From: Candidatus Levyibacteriota bacterium
GTDB taxonomy: Bacteria > Patescibacteriota > Microgenomatia > Levybacterales > UBA12049
Reading direction: 5' to 3'
Assembly: GCA_027334565.1 (NCBI GenBank)
Contig: DAHWUP010000001.1
Location: 94,726 to 158,725, forward strand
Length of the DNA: 64,000 bases
Notes under the pieces: model-generated
Told to the model about the DNA's origin: nothing
What the model saw: the letters and a program-made list of their open reading frames with translations, nothing else
Databases searched by the model: none
Position numbers and translations under genes: made by a program
In this document: positions 1-8,831 of the stretch, piece by piece
How positions within the stretch are numbered: the stretch's first letter is position 1
Layout of the letters: each line of letters starts with the position of its first letter

Positions 1-1236
1 GCCTTCGGGAGGAACTCCGTAACGGAATGCTTCCAAAAACATGGAAATTTTTTTGGGATCCATTTTCCAGAGTTTGACATGCTGCTTCAACTGCTGGTAA
101 TCGTTAACCCTTCTTCCCCCGGAAAGCCATTCCAGCCCACGACAAAGCAAATCCATTCCCTCGTTATATTCCGGTTCATCGGGATTTGGATAAACATAGA
201 ACGGTTTATGCCGGGTAGGATATCCGTAAATAAATACGAAATCCGACCCCGTTTCTCGCTTGATGATTTCGCAGATTTCCCGCTCGTCTTCGGGATTTAG
301 GTCTTTTTGTCCGCGTACGTCCCGGCCTTTGATTTTGTAAATTTTTTCTTGCGCCTCCCGAAGACTCAAGTTCGGGGTCTTGTCAATCATTTGCGGGAGA
401 CCAACTTTAAAAAGTCTTAACTCATTTGTGCATTCTTTTTCAACCCTTTGAAGTATGAACCTAACTACTTGTTCTGCCATATCCTTGACATCGGTCCAGG
501 AATCGATAAACGCCATCTCTGCATCCAGCGAAACCACTTCCGCCAAATGTCTGGTAGTTACGCTTGGTTCTGCCCTGAAAATTTTGTTCACCGAAAATAC
601 ACGTTCAAAAGCCGACATCACGATTTGTTTATACAGTTGTGGACTTTGTGACAGATAGGCTTTGTGACCGAAATAATCGACCGCAAACACTTCCGCTCCG
701 CCTTCGGCAACCGCCGGTACGACCGATGGCGCCTGAAACTCAAAAAAACCTTCCTGCTTAAAAAATTCCCTGAAAGCATCAATAATAACCGCCTGAACTT
801 TGAAAATCGCCTGAATTTTAGGATGCCTTAGGGTTAGGGAACGATGATCCAAGAGGGTCGGCAACTCAAGGTTTAAGTCGTCCGCACCCATATCAAAAGG
901 CAGGGTTTCAGCCTCAGCCAATACCTTGATCTTAATAGCCTCAATCTCGACCGTCCCGCTTGCTAAATCCTTATTTACGGTGCCTTCTGGCCTCTTATTT
1001 ACCCTTCCAACGACCTCAACCGCATATTCCGCTCTTATATCCTGAGCGACTTTATATGAGTCCTCTGAGACCTTTGGATTGACTATTACTTGCACAATTC
1101 CGTTCCTGTCACGAAGGTCAAAAAAAATCAGCTTTCCGTGGTCACGCCTGATCTTGACCCAACCCCTAAGCATAATTTCTTTATCGATGAAATCTTTTGC
1201 CTCAGAAGACAACACCCTGGTTAATTTTTGAGCCAT
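1..1236 (-). CDS. aspS: Aspartyl-tRNA synthetase (short, archaeal-type catalytic core; probably non-discriminating); 3' end runs off the window
   Basis: Not in the ORF track; translated by hand from ATG at 1236: MAQKLTRVLSSEAKDFIDKEIMLRGWVKIRRDHGKLIFFDLRDRNGIVQV...AEGGAEVFAVDYFGHKAYLSQSPQLYKQ...FRAEPSVTTRHLAE...FRYGVPPEG. Class II motifs and OB-fold N-terminus, no GAD insertion. Confidence 0.9.
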   Translation of the reverse strand, partial: MAQKLTRVLSSEAKDFIDKEIMLRGWVKIRRDHGKLIFFDLRDRNGIVQVIVNPKVSEDSYKVAQDIRAEYAVEVVGRVNKRPEGTVNKDLASGTVEIEAIKIKVLAEAETLPFDMGADDLNLELPTLLDHRSLTLRHPKIQAIFKVQAVIIDAFREFFKQEGFFEFQAPSVVPAVAEGGAEVFAVDYFGHKAYLSQSPQLYKQIVMSAFERVFSVNKIFRAEPSVTTRHLAEVVSLDAEMAFIDSWTDVKDMAEQVVRFILQRVEKECTNELRLFKVGLPQMIDKTPNLSLREAQEKIYKIKGRDVRGQKDLNPEDEREICEIIKRETGSDFVFIYGYPTRHKPFYVYPNPDEPEYNEGMDLLCRGLEWLSGGRRVNDYQQLKQHVKLWKMDPKKISMFLEAFRYGVPPEG

Positions 1237-1245
1237 AACCCCACT

Positions 1246-1296
1246 ATCATACACAAGAAACTCACGCTTGACAAGAAGCCCAGGCGGTGCTAAACT
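1246..1296. promoter_or_regulatory. Overlapping divergent sigma70-type promoters (aspS on -, orphan operon on +)
   Basis: Minus strand: TTGTCA-N17-TATGAT, 9 nt before the aspS ATG. Plus strand: TTGACA(1268)-N17-TAAACT(1291). Confidence 0.65.
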
Positions 1297-1318
1297 TATA
1301 TAGTCTTATAGTATTACT

Positions 1319-1363
1319 ATGCAAATCGTAATTTTTGTATTTAAATTTATTTCGCTTAACTAA
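1319..1363 (+). CDS. Putative 14-aa leader peptide MQIVIFVFKFISLN
   Basis: ATG..TAA between the + promoter and a long U-tailed hairpin; could be chance in AT-rich DNA. Confidence 0.35.
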   Translation: MQIVIFVFKFISLN

Positions 1364-1420
1364 CTTCCTAAACCCAGGAAGGCCATTTAACGACTTTCCC
1401 TGATGTTTGGAAGTTTTTTT
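1362..1420 (+). terminator. Leader hairpin with U-tract (attenuator-like) upstream of the 1432 ORF
   Basis: AACTTCC-T-AAAC-C-CAGGAAGG...CTTTCCCTG-AT-GTTT-GGAAGTT followed by a T run; alternative short stem CTTCCT/AGGAAG at 1364-1381. Confidence 0.5.
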
Positions 1421-1431
1421 GCGGCAAAAAT

Positions 1432-2316
1432 ATGACCAGACCAGAATCTCAACCGGTATCAACGAACGAATCAGGTATAACGGGCACAAACGGAATAGAT
1501 ACAACCGGAACGCTTTTTATGCAAGCAGACCCAAGGGTGGTCGGCATAGAAACCCGTAGAATAGCCAGGGCAGAAAGATTTCAAAGCGACTTGAATATCT
1601 TAACCCAACTACTTGCCGACGAAGGTCACGGAACCGACTATGCAAAAGATGCCGGCGCAAACCTGATGGAAGAATTTTCCGCCTCCACTTCTGAGGCTCA
1701 AAAAGAGCTCGCGGCAAGACTGGCAACAGCCGTTGACGCGAAGTTAAGGCGTAGGTTAACATCGGATTTGAGTTATCTGGATGAAATTAAAAGGGAAAAC
1801 GGGTTTACTGCGGTAGGAGCAGAGGAAGAAAGAGCTTGGCGAACATTATTTACGCAAGCTTCCAAAAAAGACAAGCTGATGCTGGTGAGGGACTTAAGAA
1901 GCGAACTGGAAACAACTCTGGTTGCTCATTTTGGATATTATTTGTCCGCATGGCAAGACAGGTTATCGGAAATGGACAGACCACAAGAGGTTATTGAAAA
2001 AGAAGTATCCGCTCTAAACGAAAAATTCGGTAACGCATCCGATAGAGGTAAGGTTGGAATTGCCAAGACCCTCAGGGAAAAAGTGATCGCATCCGCAGAG
2101 TCAAGCGCTACAGCCAGATTTGAAGCTTTTATGGAGATTTATGAAGAGTTAACCAGGAATAAAGGTCTTGATGGAGACGATTATCCAGAAGCCGAGGGCC
2201 TGAGACAAACTTTTCTTAAAGCGAACAAAGCAAGAAGGACAGGGTTAACTAACAATCTTGAATCTCTGGTCTTCAGGGCTATCACCGCCAAACCTAAAAA
2301 CTTTCCCAGCGCCTAA
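1432..2316 (+). CDS. Hypothetical all-helical protein with four ~60-aa degenerate repeats
   Basis: 294-aa ORF; anchor Phe residues at 82/140/199/261 in Fxx(A/S)(S/T/N)-like units. Confidence 0.75.
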   Translation: MTRPESQPVSTNESGITGTNGIDTTGTLFMQADPRVVGIETRRIARAERFQSDLNILTQLLADEGHGTDYAKDAGANLMEEFSASTSEAQKELAARLATAVDAKLRRRLTSDLSYLDEIKRENGFTAVGAEEERAWRTLFTQASKKDKLMLVRDLRSELETTLVAHFGYYLSAWQDRLSEMDRPQEVIEKEVSALNEKFGNASDRGKVGIAKTLREKVIASAESSATARFEAFMEIYEELTRNKGLDGDDYPEAEGLRQTFLKANKARRTGLTNNLESLVFRAITAKPKNFPSA

Positions 2317-3977
2317 ATCCGCTTGAGATCTTTTACCTTTAACTGCAAGTTTTTATATCCGTTCCAGATATGTTCATCCAAAACGTATACCGCGTCCACT
2401 TTGTCACCCGTTTTAACTTTGGAGTATTGCCCTCCTTTAAAATAGATCCCCTCAAATCTTAAGTCGGAGTGTTGGGACCTAAAACCTAATTTAAGATGCT
2501 CTCCGTCACTTCCGACGGTTCTTAAGTTTTCAACCGTGAGATTTTTGGTCAAAAAAGTCGGCTCCGGGTTACCCATGCCAAAAGGCGCCAGTTTTTGGGT
2601 TAGGTCATAAGTTCCTGAAGTTATAAGTTCTTCCGGTAGCTCCAAGTCTATTCTCAAGCTTCGAACAAGCTGGTCTTTGGTGATCATTTTTTCCGCCACT
2701 TCAAATAATTTCTTTTCCAGTTCGTTAAGTTTTTCGGTTTCGACCGTAAACCCGGCCGCCATCGGATGTCCGCCGATATCAACCATCAAATCCGACGCTG
2801 TCCGTAAAAATTGCGTGATGTTAAAACCCTTAACCGAACGCGCCGAAGCTTTACTGTATTTTTTGCCTTTGGAAATGACAATGGACGGTAGATAATATTC
2901 CTCGACCAGTCTTCCGGCGACCAGACCGACGATCCCCTGATTGAAGCCGTCGCTTGAAATAAAAATCAGTTTTCCTAAGGTTTTTTTATCGACTTTTTCT
3001 TTGGCATAATCCAAAGCCTCAAGCGTCAGTTGTTGTCTTGCGGTATTGGTATCGGATAGAAGCGTTGCTAGTTTATCGGCTCTTTCCCGGCTTTTGGTGC
3101 AAATTAACCTTAACGAATCTGTTGCGTCATCGAGTCTTCCCGTCGCGTTAAGCCTCGGCGCGATGATATGCCCTATCTCGTATACCCCGATTTCTTGCTT
3201 ATCCATACCGGCTTTTGCAAAAAGGGCCAAAAGTCCCGGACGCCGCGTCCTTTGCAACGTTTTAAGTCCGAAATATAACAGAGTCCGGTTAGCGCCGACT
3301 AAAGGAACCAGGTCCGCAACGGTCGCCAAAGCTACCAAAGAAAGGTGATCATCCTGCTCGGTTTTAAATGTTGAATTTGATATTTTAAATTCTCTGGCAA
3401 GAAGGTATGCCACGCCCGCGCCGCAGAGTTTGGTGGTATGAACTATCGAAAAAGCTTTTGGAAGATCGGCCGAGGGCGTATGATGATCGGTAACTATCAC
3501 GTCCACGCCGTTTTTTTGAGCATAAGCTACCGCGTCGTTGGCCACTATTCCGTTGTCAACGGTGATAATTAGCGAAATGTCCTGTTTTTGCAGTATCGCG
3601 TCTATTCCCTCTTTCGATAATCCGTAACCCTGCTCAAACCGGCTGGGGATGAAAGGTAAAACTTGAGCCCCGATCGAACTTAAAGTTTCCCAGATGATCG
3701 CCGAGGCACACACCCCGTCAACATCGTAATCGCCGTAAATAATGATTTTTTCTTTGTTCTCGATCGCTTGTTTGATTCTTCCAACGGATTTTCTCAAATT
3801 TTTGATATTTATTCCGACCTTTTGCGGAGTAACTTTGGATAAATCCGGATCTAAAAATTCCTTAATTTCATTTTTGTTTTTAATTCCTCTGTTACGAAGC
3901 AGGACGTTGTTGATGTTTTGGGGCGTGATTTGAGGGTCCCCGCTGCTGTTTTGGTACTCTACCCGCCAATTGTTCAT
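2313..3977 (-). CDS. recJ: ssDNA exonuclease RecJ
   Basis: YGDYDVDG, ITVDNG, TDHH (DHH), TVADLVPL, GGHPMAAG motifs. Confidence 0.97.
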   Translation of the reverse strand: MNNWRVEYQNSSGDPQITPQNINNVLLRNRGIKNKNEIKEFLDPDLSKVTPQKVGINIKNLRKSVGRIKQAIENKEKIIIYGDYDVDGVCASAIIWETLSSIGAQVLPFIPSRFEQGYGLSKEGIDAILQKQDISLIITVDNGIVANDAVAYAQKNGVDVIVTDHHTPSADLPKAFSIVHTTKLCGAGVAYLLAREFKISNSTFKTEQDDHLSLVALATVADLVPLVGANRTLLYFGLKTLQRTRRPGLLALFAKAGMDKQEIGVYEIGHIIAPRLNATGRLDDATDSLRLICTKSRERADKLATLLSDTNTARQQLTLEALDYAKEKVDKKTLGKLIFISSDGFNQGIVGLVAGRLVEEYYLPSIVISKGKKYSKASARSVKGFNITQFLRTASDLMVDIGGHPMAAGFTVETEKLNELEKKLFEVAEKMITKDQLVRSLRIDLELPEELITSGTYDLTQKLAPFGMGNPEPTFLTKNLTVENLRTVGSDGEHLKLGFRSQHSDLRFEGIYFKGGQYSKVKTGDKVDAVYVLDEHIWNGYKNLQLKVKDLKRI

Positions 3978-4027
3978 AAGCGATTTTATTCTGCTATACT
4001 ATAGCAAAGCCTGAGGTTAGGCACAAT

Positions 4028-5392
4028 ATGACAAGGCAAATTCCCGAAAGCGTTCTTAAAGTTTTCCACACTCTCAATAATCACAATTTCGAAAGCTACC
4101 TGGTCGGAGGAAGCGTCCGCGACCTACTGCTTCAAAGACCGGTCAAAGACTGGGATCTTACCACCAACGCGCCTCCCGCCGAATTAACCGAAATTTTTAA
4201 AGACGGTTTTTATAACAACCAGTTCGGGACGGTGGGAATTCCGGCCGAAATCGACGGCAAACCGCAGGTTATCGAAGTAACCACTTTCAGGACCGAGGTC
4301 AGCAAAACCCCGACGCATAAGCCCGACATTGTGTCTTGGGGAAAAAACATCGAGGAGGACCTTGGGAGACGCGATTTCACAATCAACGCCATCGCGATGC
4401 GTCAGGATGGCGAGTTGATCGACCCCTACTTCGGGGAAAAAGACCTGGAAAGAAAAATCATCAAAGCCGTCGGCGATCCCGGATTAAGGTTTAAGGAGGA
4501 TGCGCTAAGGCTTTTAAGGGCGGTGCGTATTGCAACGGAACTTGAATTTACAATCGAAGAACACACCTTAAGACAAATTACTGAAGACGCGCCGCTTCTT
4601 AAGCACATCTCCTGGGAAAGGATAAATACGGAACTGTTAAGGATTCTGGCAAGCAAAAACGCATATGAAGGGATCATGCTTTTATATAAACTTAAGCTTT
4701 TGGAATACATTCTCCCGGAATTGGTACGGGGGGTCGGTATTTCGCAGGCAAGGCCCGGCAGACACCATACCGAGGACGTTTTCACACATAATGTATTGTC
4801 GCTAAAATATTGCCCTTCAAACGATCCTTTGGTCAGATTTTCCACGCTGATTCATGATATCGGAAAGCCGAACGTGGAAGCTAAGGATGAAAAAGGACTG
4901 GTTATCTTTCATAACCACGAAATGGTCGGCGCCAAAATGGCAGCCGAAATCTGTGACCGGCTAAGATTCTCAAAAAAAGAGAAAGAAAAAGTGGTAACAC
5001 TGGTAAGATGGCATATGTTTTCGGTGAACGAAAATCAAACCGATGCCGCCGTCAGGCGTTTCATCCGCAGGATAGGAACCGAAAATATCAGGGACATGAT
5101 GGATCTTCGTATCGGCGACCGGCTTGGCGGAGGAACGCAAACCGCGGAAAGCTGGCGGCTAAAACTGTTTAAGAAAAAAGTGGAAAAACAGTTACAGCCC
5201 GCTCCCTTTTCGGTTAATGACCTGGCGGTCGACGGTAACGACGTGATGAAAATATTGAAAATTAAACCCGGGCCAATTGTCGGCAAAATATTACAGCAAC
5301 TTTTTGAAGAAGTCGATGAGGATTTATCAAAAAACAACAAGGAGTTTCTGGATAGAAGGATCGATGGGCTTGGAAAAGATTTGGTAAAATAA
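4028..5392 (+). CDS. cca: CCA tRNA nucleotidyltransferase with HD domain
   Basis: VGGSVRDLL..KDWD, RRDFTINA, EDALRLLRAVR, H...HDIGK. Confidence 0.93.
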   Translation: MTRQIPESVLKVFHTLNNHNFESYLVGGSVRDLLLQRPVKDWDLTTNAPPAELTEIFKDGFYNNQFGTVGIPAEIDGKPQVIEVTTFRTEVSKTPTHKPDIVSWGKNIEEDLGRRDFTINAIAMRQDGELIDPYFGEKDLERKIIKAVGDPGLRFKEDALRLLRAVRIATELEFTIEEHTLRQITEDAPLLKHISWERINTELLRILASKNAYEGIMLLYKLKLLEYILPELVRGVGISQARPGRHHTEDVFTHNVLSLKYCPSNDPLVRFSTLIHDIGKPNVEAKDEKGLVIFHNHEMVGAKMAAEICDRLRFSKKEKEKVVTLVRWHMFSVNENQTDAAVRRFIRRIGTENIRDMMDLRIGDRLGGGTQTAESWRLKLFKKKVEKQLQPAPFSVNDLAVDGNDVMKILKIKPGPIVGKILQQLFEEVDEDLSKNNKEFLDRRIDGLGKDLVK

Positions 5393-5423
5393 TATAATTC
5401 TAATGCCTGCAATGAGCAGATTT

Positions 5424-5444
5424 ATCCTGAGTAAAGTCGAAGGA
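5424..5444 (+). repeat. REP-like short element ATCCTGAGTAAAGTCGAAGGA
   Basis: Resembles the TCCTGAG-N4/6-TCGAAGGA mini-repeat seen in many bacteria (stem TCCT/AGGA with tandem GA pairs); single copy in this window. Confidence 0.5.
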
Positions 5445-5452
5445 ATCAAACT

Positions 5453-5905
5453 ATGAGTAAGAAAAATTTACAGGAAGAATTAAAACAATCGGTACTTTCC
5501 AAAAACGAATTAAAAACTTCCGTTTTGAGAATGCTTTTGTCTGCTATAAATTATTATGAAATCCAAAAAGGCGGTGCCGGTTATGAAGCGACGGAAGAAG
5601 ACGTTATGACCGTGATCCAAAGTCAGGCAAAGCAAAGAAGAGATTCCATTGAGGAATTCAAAAAAGCGAAAAGGCAGGAACTGGTCGATAAGGAAAGCAA
5701 AGAACTGGAATATCTGAATGCGTATCTGCCGGCGCAAATGAGCGAGGAGGAAGTAAAAAATCTCGTAGCCGAAGCGGTAAAACAATCGGGTGCGACCTCA
5801 ATGGCCGACATAGGAAAAGTGATGGGGATTTTGATGCCTAAAGTCAAAGGCAAAGCCGACGGCGCGATGGTTAGCAGTCTTGTCAAACAAGCTCTTACTT
5901 CTTAA
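5453..5905 (+). CDS. yqeY: GatB/YqeY domain protein
   Basis: KQRRDSIEEF, YLPAQMSEEE, DIGKVMG, KGKADG. Confidence 0.93.
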   Translation: MSKKNLQEELKQSVLSKNELKTSVLRMLLSAINYYEIQKGGAGYEATEEDVMTVIQSQAKQRRDSIEEFKKAKRQELVDKESKELEYLNAYLPAQMSEEEVKNLVAEAVKQSGATSMADIGKVMGILMPKVKGKADGAMVSSLVKQALTS

Positions 5906-6797
5906 CCCTCTTGTTAATTAGATCCTGCCAGACGACCAGAAGCGGTGAGGCATTGAAAATCGACGAATAGGTTCCGGAAACAATACCGATCAAAAGCGCC
6001 ACCACGAACCAGCGGATCGACTCTCCCCCGAAAATAAGAAGGGCCATCAGCACCAAAAGCACGGTTAATGAAGTATTCAAAGACCTGTCTAGGGTCTGTA
6101 GGATCGAATCGTTCACAACGGTTGCGAATTCTTCCCCGCCGACCCGCTTAAGGTTTTCCCTTATCCTGTCGAAAACAACGATAGTGTCATGAACGGAAAA
6201 ACCGATCACCGTTAAAGCGGCGGTCAAAAACAAGCTGTCAATTTCAACTCCCAGGAAATGACCGAGAATCGAAAAGATCCCCAAAAGGACCAATACGTCG
6301 TGGATAAGAGCAATGATCGCGCAGATGCCGAATCGAAAACTTGAGGCGGGTTTCGGTACTTTTCTGAAAGTCCAGGTGATATATAACACAATCAGAAGCG
6401 ATGCTACCACCAGCGCCTTGACGGCATTTGCGGTGGTTTCGGAGCCTATGGTCGGGCCGACCGTATCGTAGGATTCCTGCTGGAAATCCTTATATTTGTT
6501 TTTTAATGCGGTGGTAACGGACACGTCGGTCTTTTGATCGACAGGCTTTGTTTTAAGAAGTACCGTATTACCGGAAGGCTCAACGCTTAAAACCTGTATC
6601 TTGTTCTGCGAAAAAGTATTGTCGATGAAATTCAATTCTGTTTTAGTGACGACTTGTTTGAAAGAAAAAGTGAAATTCGTTCCTCCGGTGAACTCGATCG
6701 ACAAATTCAATCCCCAAAGAAGCAACGAAATCACTCCGGGAATGATGATTAGAAGCGAAAAAAGAAAATACCAGTACTTTTTTCCGATAATATTCAT
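5895..6797 (-). CDS. secF: Protein translocase subunit SecF
   Basis: IEFTGGT, VGPTIG, GFSVHDTIVVFDRIREN, GTYSSIFNASP. Confidence 0.97.
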   Translation of the reverse strand: MNIIGKKYWYFLFSLLIIIPGVISLLLWGLNLSIEFTGGTNFTFSFKQVVTKTELNFIDNTFSQNKIQVLSVEPSGNTVLLKTKPVDQKTDVSVTTALKNKYKDFQQESYDTVGPTIGSETTANAVKALVVASLLIVLYITWTFRKVPKPASSFRFGICAIIALIHDVLVLLGIFSILGHFLGVEIDSLFLTAALTVIGFSVHDTIVVFDRIRENLKRVGGEEFATVVNDSILQTLDRSLNTSLTVLLVLMALLIFGGESIRWFVVALLIGIVSGTYSSIFNASPLLVVWQDLINKRVKK

Positions 6798-6798
6798 A

Positions 6799-8139
6799 TC
6801 ATTTAAAAATTTGTCTTAAAAACGTCCGTGTTATCACAACCGCCGAAAACATCGATACCAAAACACCCAAAGCCAGAACCAATGCAAAACCCTTGACCAT
6901 ACCCGTCCCGAATTCGTACAGCACAAAACAGGTGATAAGGGTCGAAACGTTGGAATCCCGTATCGAAGTCCAGGCCCTGGAAAAACCGAGCTCTATCGAA
7001 GTTTCCCTTGATTTTCCCGACCGCAGTTCCTCTTTCATTCTCTCAAATATCAAAATGTTCGCGTCAACCGCCATTCCAATTGACAATATGAAACCGGCAA
7101 TTCCCGAAAGCGTCAGGGTTATACCGTAAGGCGTAACCGAACTTAACTTGAAGATCGCCAGGACAAAAAGCGTATACAAACAAAGCGCCAAACTGGCAAT
7201 GAAACCAAGTCTCCCGTAAAGCATCATCATGAAGAAGACGATTATTAAAAATCCCAAAACCCCGGCAAACAGCGATTTCTCAAGAGAGGTCGTCCCAAGC
7301 GTTGGTTGGATAACGCTGGTCGATAAAACCGACAGCGGAACAGGTAGCGCGCCGGCATTTAGTTCGGTGCTCAACTGGTTAGCCTGATCGACGGTGAAAT
7401 TCCCGTTGATGACCCCGCTTCCGTTTAAAATCGGTTCCTGCACCGTCGGCGGATAACCCAACAGCTGGTTATCCAAAACTATTGCCAAGCGCTTGCCCAC
7501 CAAACGGCTGGTGATGTCGCCGAATTTCTTCCCTCCGCCCGAAGTAAAGGTCAGTTGCACCTGCGGTTGACCGGATTGCGAGTCAAAAGTAACGCTGGTC
7601 GATTGGATATCGGCGCCTGTTAAGTTGGTTTTTTTGTAATAAGTGCCGTAAGCATAAATCACCTGATTTACGGGCAAAAGTCTGGCGGAAGCACTCGAAA
7701 TTTCCTCCCAAAACGAAAGTTGAGCGGTAGTCCCGATTAGACTTCTAACCTGGTTTACGTCGGTCAAGCCCGGCAAATCCACCGAAATACGGTAATCGTT
7801 GTTTCCTAAGATCATCGTTTGGACCACCGGCTCGGAAACCCCGAACAGGTTAACCCTGTTCTCAATCACAACTCTGGCGCTGTCCAAAGCGTTGGTCCTT
7901 TGATCCTGAGGAATGCTATTCATATCGGCTTTTAGCACCAGACTCGTGCCACCCTCAAGGTCCAAACCGCGTCTGAAGGTCATCGGCTGGGTAATGTTCA
8001 GTTTCTGTAAAACCACATTGGGGTCAAAATTAAGCTTATAATTTCCGATTTTGATATTATTTACAACCGGTAAGTTAATAAAAACCGCCACGATAGTCAA
8101 GACAATGATCAACCAAAACAGAGTACGCGGATTTCTCAT
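6799..8139 (-). CDS. secD: Protein translocase subunit SecD
   Basis: GLDLEGG, RVNLFGVSEP, GALPVPL, GMAVDANILIFERMKEE. Confidence 0.97.
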   Translation of the reverse strand: MRNPRTLFWLIIVLTIVAVFINLPVVNNIKIGNYKLNFDPNVVLQKLNITQPMTFRRGLDLEGGTSLVLKADMNSIPQDQRTNALDSARVVIENRVNLFGVSEPVVQTMILGNNDYRISVDLPGLTDVNQVRSLIGTTAQLSFWEEISSASARLLPVNQVIYAYGTYYKKTNLTGADIQSTSVTFDSQSGQPQVQLTFTSGGGKKFGDITSRLVGKRLAIVLDNQLLGYPPTVQEPILNGSGVINGNFTVDQANQLSTELNAGALPVPLSVLSTSVIQPTLGTTSLEKSLFAGVLGFLIIVFFMMMLYGRLGFIASLALCLYTLFVLAIFKLSSVTPYGITLTLSGIAGFILSIGMAVDANILIFERMKEELRSGKSRETSIELGFSRAWTSIRDSNVSTLITCFVLYEFGTGMVKGFALVLALGVLVSMFSAVVITRTFLRQIFK

Positions 8140-8182
8140 AGATTCGATTTATTTTCAGTAACACCCAAACGAAGTCAAAATG

Positions 8183-8758
8183 TCAAGAAAGCATCGCTTC
8201 TTCGTCGCCCAAGAGCATGACCCTGGAACCGGATAAAATCGCCATGATAAAAGGATCACGTTTCTTCTTTCTGAAATCGAATTCCTCGTCGCTCATCACC
8301 GTATAATTTATTTCAGTATTCAACCTTTTTTCTTCCTCTCTCACCAACAAAGCCAGTTCCGGAAGAACCACGTTTCCTACTATTAATAAATCCACTTCGT
8401 CAGGCTCTTTTTTGATCTTTCTCAAAAAACGTCCCGAAAACATCGCAAATTTAATTTTTCCAAGTTTAACCCTGTTTTTTAATATCTCAGCCCCTAAACC
8501 GATGTTTTTGGAACCGAGTCTTAACAAATCGTAGTAAAAGGGGTAATTTTTTGAGAGGAAATAATATACTCTGTTAGCCCGCGGCTCTTTGGACAGAATT
8601 CCTTTTTTCTCCAAAAATGCCAGTTCTCTTCTTACCGCGTTTATTTCGTCGTTTGTCCTTCTGACCAGCTCCCTGACGTGGAACATATCGTTGGGATTTG
8701 CCAAAAAGACGTTTAATAATTTCACCCGCGACTTGGATGTGATCAAATCTGAAAACAT
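8183..8758 (-). CDS. Winged-HTH plus degenerate minimal nucleotidyltransferase-like domain protein (putative regulator)
   Basis: N-terminal HVRELVR..INAVRRELAFLEKKGIL wHTH; C-terminal FSGRF...DEVDLLIVG...EINYTVMS. Confidence 0.75.
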   Translation of the reverse strand: MFSDLITSKSRVKLLNVFLANPNDMFHVRELVRRTNDEINAVRRELAFLEKKGILSKEPRANRVYYFLSKNYPFYYDLLRLGSKNIGLGAEILKNRVKLGKIKFAMFSGRFLRKIKKEPDEVDLLIVGNVVLPELALLVREEEKRLNTEINYTVMSDEEFDFRKKKRDPFIMAILSGSRVMLLGDEEAMLS

Positions 8759-8767
8759 AATTTGTTC

Positions 8768-8814
8768 TATTTATCCTCGAGGATAAATATACAAAACAAT
8801 TTCGGAATTGGCAA
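8768..8814 (-). promoter_or_regulatory. Promoter TTGCCA-N17-TATATT overlapped by a perfect 22-bp palindrome (candidate operator)
   Basis: TATTTATCCTCGAGGATAAATA at 8768-8789 is a perfect palindrome covering the -10/TSS region. Confidence 0.6.
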
Positions 8815-8831
8815 GAGGGAAAATTATTCGC

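Noticed and set aside
79-658. Short + strand ORFs in the track (79-300, 448-651, 455-658) and the many other 60-200-aa ORFs overlapping called genes
   Set aside because: They are antisense or off-frame shadows of well-supported genes (here aspS), with no motifs or start signals
1262-1762. Minus-strand ORFs 1262-1504 and 1517-1762
   Set aside because: Antisense to the repeat protein and its leader; no supporting signals
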